From: a virus
IMG/VR virus record: IMGVR_UViG_3300045988_009285
Reading direction: 5' to 3' (one strand)
Length of the DNA: 6,111 nt
The position numbers and the translations under genes are program-made. A model generated the notes under the pieces. The model searched no databases and was not told the DNA's origin. It was given only the letters and a program-made list of their open reading frames with translations. Shown here one piece after another: positions 1 through 5,611 of the stretch (position 1 is its first letter; each line of letters begins with the position of its first letter).

Positions 1-70
1 GTTTGAGCGTAAAGCAGCTAATTTTAACAAAGCTCTAGAAGCAGCCGAAGCAAAAATTGAAAAAATATGA
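1..70 (+). CDS. Partial CDS: the 3' end of the 43-aa basic ORF, a duplicate of 6023..6092 created by the terminal overlap
   Basis: Reading from nt 2 gives FERKAANFNKALEAAEAKIEKI then stop (TGA 68-70), identical to the C-terminus of ORF 5961..6092. Confidence 0.5.
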   Translation, partial: FERKAANFNKALEAAEAKIEKI

Positions 71-89
71 CGGATAGGGGAAAAAAAAC
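1..89. repeat. Terminal redundancy, copy 1 (identical to 6023..6111); a circularisation overlap, not a biological repeat
   Basis: A base-by-base comparison by eye at offset 6022 found no mismatch. The repeat boundaries cut through two ORFs. Confidence 0.95.
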
Positions 90-252
90 AGATGTGTTTG
101 TTATATTTGCGGTAGAATTCGTTAACGAAAATACAGGACAGGTGGTAACTCTAACTACCACATGTGGAAGCTACAGGGAGTTAGGGAAGTATCTAACAGA
201 AATGAACAAAAAGTCATGGAGAATGCTAAAAGCAACAAGGAAAGAAACTTAA
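67..252 (+). CDS. Hypothetical small protein, 61 aa
   Basis: The ATG at 67 overlaps the TGA of the preceding ORF (ATGA, 67-70), which suggests translational coupling. It is on the same strand as all the core genes. I recognised no motif. Confidence 0.5.
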   Translation: MTDRGKKTDVFVIFAVEFVNENTGQVVTLTTTCGSYRELGKYLTEMNKKSWRMLKATRKET

Positions 253-428
253 TTAAAATTATGATTGTAGCATGGATTATAGCAGCAACACTAGGGGGAT
301 GCGTGGTAAGTCTCAACATTCAGAAGAATAATCAAAACAGCACACAATCCGTATCGCAGGAAAACGAGGCGACTCAAAAAAATGATAGTACTAACTTTAA
401 AATGAATCTAAACAATGAAACAGAATGA
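216..428 (+). CDS. Putative small lipoprotein or signal-anchored membrane protein, 70 aa from Met216
   Basis: The product starts with a basic n-region (MENAKSNKERNLIK), then a hydrophobic stretch (IMIVAWIIAATL), then L-G-G-C (Cys29, lipobox-like). The remaining tail is hydrophilic and rich in N/Q/S/T/E. The longer ORF from 162 adds a non-signal-like extension. An alternative start at 261 would remove the basic n-region. Confidence 0.5.
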   Translation: MENAKSNKERNLIKIMIVAWIIAATLGGCVVSLNIQKNNQNSTQSVSQENEATQKNDSTNFKMNLNNETE

Positions 429-666
429 AATTGATACCAACGAAATCTACAAGGGAATTACAAGAGTCATAAAAACTAAAAAGCAAGACAAAGATGTATG
501 GTTTGCAGTAATCGGCAAAACAATTGTTTCACGTGGAACATTTAATACTAAAGAAGAATGTATAAAAGACCTGGAAAAAACTGATTATGAACAGATTTGT
601 AAGATTGCTATTGCTATTGCTACAGCTCTTAAGGATTATAAACCGGAAAAAGTAGAAAAAGTATGA
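415..666 (+). CDS. Hypothetical protein, 83 aa
   Basis: It overlaps the previous ORF by 14 nt, and its TGA (664-666) overlaps the VP1 ATG (663-665) as ATGA. It has a mixed charged and hydrophobic composition, with no motif I recognise. Confidence 0.6.
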   Translation: MKQNEIDTNEIYKGITRVIKTKKQDKDVWFAVIGKTIVSRGTFNTKEECIKDLEKTDYEQICKIAIAIATALKDYKPEKVEKV

Positions 667-2681
667 AAGTAAACATAGGAAAAAACACACTAGGTGACAA
701 CAATAAGATGTCCGTATCTCTAAGAGAATATGGACGCAGTACCCATGACCTGTCTTATGCGTGGAGGTCACCTATGGGAGTAGGTACACTTGTACCGTTT
801 ATGAAGCTACTGGCGTTACCAGGAGATACATTCGACATCGATTTGGACACAAAAGTGCTGACACATCCGACGGTAGGACCTCTATTCGGGCAATTCAAGA
901 TGCAATTGGACGTATTCACATGTCCATTAAGATTATACCAAGCTCAATTACATAATAATGCACTGAATATTGGGCTGGATATGAAGAAAGTGAAACTGCC
1001 TAAATTCGAAAACAACTTTCAGGTATTAAAAGATGACAAGGCACCGTTTAAAAAATCAAAAAAATCAGGAAAAGGAAGTCTGGCAGAATACCTGGGACTG
1101 AAGTATGAACCTATCAGAGATAAAGTCAACAATGTCAATGCAGTACCTTACTTTGCGTATTACGATGTGTTCAAAAACTTCTACGCCAATAAACAGGAAG
1201 ATTACTTCATGATAATGGGAGGAGGAGTCTTCGTAAGTAATGGAACGGTCACAACAAAGGATACAATACTATATAAAGTAGATAATGCAGGATTATATAT
1301 TAATAGGAAAAATGCTCAAGGAGAAATCGCTAATAAACCCATTCAATTCACAATGTCAAAAGAGTTATGGGAAGCATCAAAAAAAGAGAATACGGTAACA
1401 CTCTACTACGACGTAGATACTGAACCTGTAGGTATTAAGATTAATGGAATTAATTCGTATATCGAAAGTGAAACAGAATCTGGTAACGAAGTAACGGTTA
1501 ATTGCAGAAATAAAACAAAATTAGTATTCGCAGACAAAGAGTTAAGCACGGGAGTTCACACAGCAACAGGAAAGGCATGGACTTCATCACAAGGAGTATG
1601 GATACCATCATACACCAGCTCTTACAAACTTGAAGAAATTGACAACTTAAGGGAGTATATTCTAAAGCAAGGCAAAAAGGAAGTCCTAATAAAGTCTAAT
1701 TCTACGGATGAATGGATAGGAACATCATTCATTAAGGATGTACTGGTAGGGACGGCTAAAGCAGGAGAAAGTGAACCAAAAATCAAGATGCCAATTATTC
1801 AGATGGAGATGGGCGGACTATGCCTAAAGACGCTGCAAAGCGACATCTTTAACAACTGGGTAAACAAAGAGTGGGTAGACGGAGATAATGGAATAAAAGC
1901 AATTACTGACGTAGCAATAACTGACGGGAAACTGAACTTGGACAGCCTGAATATTGCACAGAAGGTATACAACATGCTAAACCGTATTGCAGTGTCAGGA
2001 GGAAGCTATAAGGACTGGATCGAGACGGTATATACTACAGACTATTATTTCAGAGCAGAAACACCTGTATACGAGGGTGGTATGTCTACAATAATTGACT
2101 TTGAAGCCGTAGTAAGTAACTCGGCAAGTACAGCAAGCGGTGTAGAAGAGCCATTGGGAAGCCTGGCAGGACGTGGATACAACGGGCAGAAAAAAGGCGG
2201 AAGGATTGAGATTAAAGTCAATGAACCTTGTTATATCATGGGTATTGCAAGCATTACGCCACTGGTAGACTACTCCCAGGGTAACGACTGGGACAACTGG
2301 CTGGAGACTATGGATGATTTACACAAGCCGCAGCTAGATGGTATCGGTTATCAGGATTTGATGGAAAACAAGATGCACGGACTGGCAAAACCGTCACTGG
2401 CAATAGGAAAGCAGCCTGCATGGCTGGACTACATGACCAACTTCAATAAGACATTCGCAGATTTCGCAGCAGGTGAACAGGAAAGCTATATGGTACTGAA
2501 CCGTATCTACAATGTGGATGACAAGGGAAATATCACAAATTCAACAACATATATCAATCCAAAAGACTACACATATATCTTTGCGACCAACACAGAGACC
2601 AACAGAGACTTCTGGGTACAGATTGGCTGCGGAGTAACCTCAAGACGAGTAATGAGCGCAGCTCAGATTCCATTAATGTAA
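663..2681 (+). CDS. VP1: Major capsid protein VP1 (Microviridae F-protein family), 672 aa
   Basis: The N-terminal block ...GTLVPFMKLLALPGDTFDIDLDTKV...GPLFGQFKMQLDVFTCPLRLY carries the LPGDTF signature typical of microvirus capsids. AVPYFAYYDVFKNFYANKQ matches the conserved (L)P(F)xAYxxIxNxxY block. LNIAQKVYNMLNRIAVSGGSYKDWIETVY matches the conserved R-A-x-x-Q-x-x-x-E-x-x-A-R-G-G-x-R-Y-like block. It is the largest ORF in the window. Met16 (nt 708) is a possible alternative start. Confidence 0.95.
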   Translation: MKVNIGKNTLGDNNKMSVSLREYGRSTHDLSYAWRSPMGVGTLVPFMKLLALPGDTFDIDLDTKVLTHPTVGPLFGQFKMQLDVFTCPLRLYQAQLHNNALNIGLDMKKVKLPKFENNFQVLKDDKAPFKKSKKSGKGSLAEYLGLKYEPIRDKVNNVNAVPYFAYYDVFKNFYANKQEDYFMIMGGGVFVSNGTVTTKDTILYKVDNAGLYINRKNAQGEIANKPIQFTMSKELWEASKKENTVTLYYDVDTEPVGIKINGINSYIESETESGNEVTVNCRNKTKLVFADKELSTGVHTATGKAWTSSQGVWIPSYTSSYKLEEIDNLREYILKQGKKEVLIKSNSTDEWIGTSFIKDVLVGTAKAGESEPKIKMPIIQMEMGGLCLKTLQSDIFNNWVNKEWVDGDNGIKAITDVAITDGKLNLDSLNIAQKVYNMLNRIAVSGGSYKDWIETVYTTDYYFRAETPVYEGGMSTIIDFEAVVSNSASTASGVEEPLGSLAGRGYNGQKKGGRIEIKVNEPCYIMGIASITPLVDYSQGNDWDNWLETMDDLHKPQLDGIGYQDLMENKMHGLAKPSLAIGKQPAWLDYMTNFNKTFADFAAGEQESYMVLNRIYNVDDKGNITNSTTYINPKDYTYIFATNTETNRDFWVQIGCGVTSRRVMSAAQIPLM

Positions 2682-2692
2682 TATATTAGAAT

Positions 2693-3025
2693 ATGGGAAA
2701 ACCAAGAATAATTAAGGAAAGCCATAACGTAGGATTCTACGAGATGGAGGCCTATGAAGGCAAAACAATAGAACAGAGATGTCGGGAAATGGTGGAAACA
2801 GGTGAACCAATCAAGGACACGTCACCGTTAATATACACGCCAAAAGAAAAGGGAGTAAGACCTGAATACAATGTACGAGCGGACAAGTGGGCTATTGCTC
2901 AGGAAGCAATGGACGCAGTGAACAAAGGAAGGATTGCCAAGGGACAACAACCTACTAATGTGAGCAATGGAGAAGAAACGCCTATGGGCGCGCCTGAACC
3001 AAATCAGGCTGGGCAGCCGAGCTGA
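2693..3025 (+). CDS. Hypothetical protein, 110 aa; possibly an internal scaffolding (VP3-like) protein
   Basis: This clean ORF starts 11 nt after the VP1 stop on the same strand. The segment KGVRPEYNVRADKWAIAQEAMDAV resembles, from memory only, a conserved (P-x-Y-D/N-I/V-R-x-D-x-x-x-x-A-x-E-A) block in small gokushovirus-type VP3-like proteins. The C-terminus is rich in Pro, Gln and Gly. The functional call is tentative. Confidence 0.65.
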   Translation: MGKPRIIKESHNVGFYEMEAYEGKTIEQRCREMVETGEPIKDTSPLIYTPKEKGVRPEYNVRADKWAIAQEAMDAVNKGRIAKGQQPTNVSNGEETPMGAPEPNQAGQPS

Positions 3026-3042
3026 CACTCGGGTTAAACAAC

Positions 3043-3064
3043 TGTGCGTACTTCGGTACGCACA
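3043..3064 (+). other. Perfect 9-bp stem-loop with a TTCG tetraloop (tgtgcgtac-ttcg-gtacgcaca)
   Basis: The inverted repeat is read directly from the sequence and lies 18 nt after the stop of ORF 2693..3025. A weaker 6-bp hairpin (cgcttt-tgaa-aaagcg) follows at 3093..3108. It could be a terminator or attenuator, an RNA-stability element, or an ssDNA structural element. Confidence 0.6.
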
Positions 3065-3123
3065 CAGCCATATATATCAAGTTATGTATAACCGCTTTTG
3101 AAAAAGCGCGAAAACGACACAAT

Positions 3124-4206
3124 ATGGGATTCTTAAATTTTTTAGACAAAGGAGGAGGCGGCCTGATTACAGGAATTGCCAACACAATAACAGGAGCTGT
3201 ACAGAACAAACAGGCACTGGCATGGCAGAAGGAACAGTGGCAGCAACAGATGCAGTACGGACGAGAGATGTGGGAGAAGCAGAACCAGGCAGAAAATGAC
3301 CGTATGGCGCTGCAAAACCAGTGGAACAAGGATGCAGCAGCACAGTCTCAACAGTATGCCAAAGAGATGTTTGACTACACGGGATACGAGAACCAGGTGA
3401 AGCAGATGAAAGCAGCAGGACTAAATCCGGCACTGATGAACGGTGGCGGAGGTTCAGCGGGACAAGCAAGTGCAGGAGCCGAAGTACAGCCAGCACAGGC
3501 ATTTCAGCCGATGGGAATACAGATGGCATTACAGGCACAGCAAGTAATGGCTAACACTCAGCTAGCTAATGCTCAGGCTCAGAAGACAAGAGCCGAGGCT
3601 ACGGCACAGAACATGCAGAACCTGGTAGGCAGTAGCATCGACCTGGCTCAGAAGATTGCCGAGATTGGCAGGACAAAGCAGGAGAAAAAGAACCTGGAAG
3701 TTACCTACGCCAAAACAAAGGAAGAGGTCGAGAAAGTTCAGGAAGAAGTCAATAACCTTATGCTACAGGGAGATATATTGAAAGAAAACAAAGAACTGCT
3801 TGAATTCCAGAACGGAGTGAACAAAATTATCAAGAATGGAATACACTTCGATAGCAAAGGTAAAGAGATAGATTGGGAGCAGTCAGTACTCATGAGATAT
3901 TTCGGGCCTCTCGGTAAGGAAATAGCACAATGGGATAAAGACGAGCAGCAGGCACTGTTCGACAAAGGTGTCCTGGAGCGCATGATGAAAGATATAGACG
4001 CCATTGCAACAGGAAAGACAAACGAATTCTCACTAGCGGGAATGAAGTTCGACTTAATGCAGAAACAGTGGGAAAGAGCAGACTTCGAGCTGGAGCAGGA
4101 CAAGGCAGCATCCAAGCTGCTTGATGAGATGACAGGCGAAGGAGAATATGCGAGACTGCTAGGTAAGGTCTTGAAGCTACTGTTAATAGACCGCAAAAGC
4201 AAGTAA
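3124..4206 (+). CDS. VP2: Minor capsid / DNA pilot protein VP2 (functional analogue of phiX H), 360 aa
   Basis: The N-terminus is glycine-rich (DKGGGGLITGIANTITG). The central motif QVKQMKAAGLNPALMNGGGGS matches the AAGLNP(M/A)L signature I associate with gokushovirus-type VP2. Long heptad-like helical regions rich in Q, A, E and K are consistent with a coiled-coil tube. The position between VP1 and VP4 also fits. Confidence 0.85.
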   Translation: MGFLNFLDKGGGGLITGIANTITGAVQNKQALAWQKEQWQQQMQYGREMWEKQNQAENDRMALQNQWNKDAAAQSQQYAKEMFDYTGYENQVKQMKAAGLNPALMNGGGGSAGQASAGAEVQPAQAFQPMGIQMALQAQQVMANTQLANAQAQKTRAEATAQNMQNLVGSSIDLAQKIAEIGRTKQEKKNLEVTYAKTKEEVEKVQEEVNNLMLQGDILKENKELLEFQNGVNKIIKNGIHFDSKGKEIDWEQSVLMRYFGPLGKEIAQWDKDEQQALFDKGVLERMMKDIDAIATGKTNEFSLAGMKFDLMQKQWERADFELEQDKAASKLLDEMTGEGEYARLLGKVLKLLLIDRKSK

Positions 4207-4281
4207 GTCGCGCGCGTACGTATATCGCACACGCACGGAATCAGCTTGACGGTCATATTATGGGCGTGACCCACAAGGGGT

Positions 4282-4344
4282 CGGGCTTTCCGCTGCAATT
4301 CCTCCTTCGCTTCGCTCTGTGCGGGATTTCCGCTGCAATCCCTC
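4282..4344 (+). repeat. Two copies of a 23-nt direct repeat, cgggNtttccgctgcaatNcctc (4282..4304 and 4322..4344), identical at 21 of 23 positions, period 40 nt
   Basis: Aligned by eye, with mismatches only at repeat positions 5 and 19. The repeat lies in the GC-rich VP2-VP4 intergenic region. The spacer contains the tandem cttcg-cttcg. Confidence 0.85.
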
Positions 4345-4409
4345 ACGCGCTATGCAGAATTCGCTACTATATGGCGCGCAATCGCCGCGCGGCTAGCATA
4401 CATAACAAC

Positions 4410-4465
4410 AAGAGGTCGGACCAACAGAAGATGGTAACATCATCGGAAGAAGGTTGCGACCTCTT
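4410..4465 (+). other. Compound stem-loop in three parts: an outer stem, a helix and an apical hairpin
   Basis: The outer 9-bp stem pairs aagaggtcg (4410-4418) with cgacctctt (4457-4465). After a 3-nt bulge there is a 4-bp helix (4422-4425 with 4453-4456). The apical hairpin is gatg-gtaa-catc (4430-4441). All pairings were read directly from the sequence. The structure ends about 50 nt upstream of the VP4 start. Confidence 0.6.
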
Positions 4466-4516
4466 ATTGCTATGTATGGATGTTATTTTAAAGTAAAACT
4501 TAAACAATTATATGGT

Positions 4517-5536
4517 ATGTGCCTGTATACTAAGTATTTATTAAACAAAAAGTATTTACCGACAAAGAAAAATGAATATAATCCGCCAACATGCAATGAC
4601 GAAAGATTGAGATATGTGCCGATAAAGTGCGGGAAGTGCATGGAGTGCCGAAAACAAAAGAAAAGAGAATGGTACGTGCGGCTGTCAGAAGAGTTGAAAC
4701 AGCACAAGGGAGCACTATTCGTGACTCTGACATTCAATGAAGATATGTATGAAGAGACGCGCAAGGCCGTGAAGGCAGGAAACCAGCCGACCTATGAAGA
4801 AGAGAATGACATGTGCCGTTATGCGATAAGACACTGGCTGGAACTGATACGCAAAAGAACGGGAAAGTCCGTCAAGCACTGGGTAATTACAGAGAAAGGT
4901 GAAGACTATAACCGCATACACATGCACGGTATAGTATGGTGCAAAAAAGAAGACGTAGACGCATGGCGTTACGGATATACCTATATAGGGGATTATGTCA
5001 ACGGCAAAACAATCAACTATATAACCAAGTATATGCTGAAAATCAACGAGATATGTCCTGAATTCGAGGGGAAAGTATTCTGCAGTAAAGGTATTGGCCG
5101 AAATTACGAAAAAAGCACAAATGCAAGGCGTAACAGATACCAGGGAGAACGTACTATCGAGACTTACAAGGCAGAGGACGGCCGAGAACTGCCAATGCCA
5201 AAGTACTACCACGACAAGATATACTCAGAAGAAGAGCGCGAAAAGTTATGGATTATCAAACAGGAAAGAGGATACAGATACATAGGAGGTGAAAAGTGCA
5301 GTACAGAAGACCTCGAAGAATGGGATAACTTAACAAGATATTATCAGAGACGGGGTGTAGAAGTATTCGGAGACAAGCCAGACGAATGGGAAAAAAATAA
5401 ACAGCGAAAGCGCCTGGAACGTATGCGTATAGCCAGACGTCGGATGCGCGAAGGTTCCGAAGTTCCCGGAGTTCTCTCCAGACCAGAAGGTAGGGAGCCT
5501 GCGGCTCCGATTATTAACAAGGCTACGCGCGGCTAG
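4517..5536 (+). CDS. VP4: Replication initiation protein VP4 (HUH rolling-circle endonuclease, phiX A-protein family), 339 aa from Met4517
   Basis: There is a Cys cluster, CGKCMECRKQKKREW. RCR motif I is FVTLTF (4718-4735). Motif II is the HUH sequence HMHGIVW (H-M-H at 4919-4927). Motif III, YITKY (5018-5032), has two Tyr residues spaced as in phiX A (YVAKY). An N-terminus of MCLYTK... matches the usual MC... start of microvirus VP4, so I prefer 4517 to the ORF-track start at 4454, which lies within and just downstream of the 3' arm of the upstream hairpin. Confidence 0.92.
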   Translation: MCLYTKYLLNKKYLPTKKNEYNPPTCNDERLRYVPIKCGKCMECRKQKKREWYVRLSEELKQHKGALFVTLTFNEDMYEETRKAVKAGNQPTYEEENDMCRYAIRHWLELIRKRTGKSVKHWVITEKGEDYNRIHMHGIVWCKKEDVDAWRYGYTYIGDYVNGKTINYITKYMLKINEICPEFEGKVFCSKGIGRNYEKSTNARRNRYQGERTIETYKAEDGRELPMPKYYHDKIYSEEEREKLWIIKQERGYRYIGGEKCSTEDLEEWDNLTRYYQRRGVEVFGDKPDEWEKNKQRKRLERMRIARRRMREGSEVPGVLSRPEGREPAAPIINKATRG

Positions 5537-5540
5537 CGCG

Positions 5541-5566
5541 CTGCCCGTGACAGCACTCACGGGCGG
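5541..5566 (+). terminator. GC-rich stem-loop immediately after the VP4 stop; candidate terminator or ssDNA structural element
   Basis: gcccgtga (5543-5550) pairs with tcacgggc (5557-5564) around the 6-nt loop cagcac. A T-G pair and a C-G pair extend the stem to 5541/5566. No T-tract follows, so it is not a canonical intrinsic terminator. Confidence 0.35.
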
Positions 5567-5611
5567 CCTTGGGCCAACTATGTGCAAGGCTCCAAGTATT
5601 CACCTTGTGGA

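Noticed and set aside
81-88. An A8 homopolymer at codons 5-8 of ORF 67..252, next to the end of the terminal overlap. I considered it as a slippage or phase-variation site.
   Set aside because: The genome has several A6-A8 runs simply because it is A-rich. Both copies (81-88 and 6103-6110) agree in length. Nothing suggests that an alternative frame yields a meaningful product. It is worth noting only as a potential sequencing-error hotspot.
162-215. Longer N-terminal extensions offered by the ORF track: 162 for the putative lipoprotein, 4454 for VP4 and 5907 for the basic 43-aa ORF.
   Set aside because: The 162 extension adds 18 residues before the signal-like n-region and deepens the overlap with ORF 67..252. 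The 4454 start lies inside the 3' half of the 4410-4465 hairpin, and its extension precedes the typical MC... N-terminus of VP4. The 5907 start lies upstream of the predicted -7 promoter box. The shorter starts are more plausible, but none is proven.
67-666. Possible paralogy between the 61-aa and 83-aa products (KKTDVFVIFAV... versus KDKDVWFAVIG...).
   Set aside because: Only a short hydrophobic beta-strand-like segment lines up, and the rest needs several gaps. The similarity is too weak to claim by eye and would need a profile or structure comparison.
761-955. Alternative-frame + strand ORFs nested inside VP1 (761..955, 64 aa) and inside VP4 (5094..5285, 63 aa), considered as phiX-style overprinted genes.
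   Set aside because: Overprinting has precedent in phiX (genes B, K and E). However, these ORFs are short, have unremarkable Arg/Thr/Ser-rich translations, and have no hydrophobic segment or start-site context to support them. They cannot be supported without comparative data.
4386-4397. An exact 12-nt repeat, cgcgcggctagc, at 4386..4397 and 5526..5537, flanking the VP4 gene. I considered it as a possible recombination-module boundary.
   Set aside because: For a 6,022-nt sequence, the expected number of same-strand 12-mer coincidences is about (6022^2/2)/4^12, roughly 1. A single 12-nt match is therefore compatible with chance, even allowing for the GC-rich composition. The second copy is also coding, forming the VP4 C-terminus and stop.
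4260-4496. A 78-aa + strand ORF spanning the VP2-VP4 intergenic region.
   Set aside because: The two copies of the 23-nt direct repeat are read in different frames because the period is 40 nt. The ORF runs straight through the 4410-4465 hairpin, and its product is an odd Arg/Cys/Leu-rich sequence with no motif. It has no coupling to its neighbours. The region is better explained as structured non-coding DNA or RNA, though translation is not excluded.
529-5587. Eleven minus-strand ORFs of 66-202 aa from the ORF track: 529..771, 2828..3028, 2982..3329, 3142..3351, 3167..3538, 3738..4346, 3890..4111, 4483..4764, 4530..4733, 4715..5212 and 5330..5587.
   Set aside because: All are antisense to well-supported + strand genes or structured intergenic DNA. 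Their translations are low-complexity and rich in Cys, Ser, Leu, Phe and Pro, which is typical of the reverse frames of real genes. Microviridae are known to transcribe only one strand. None has a recognisable motif.
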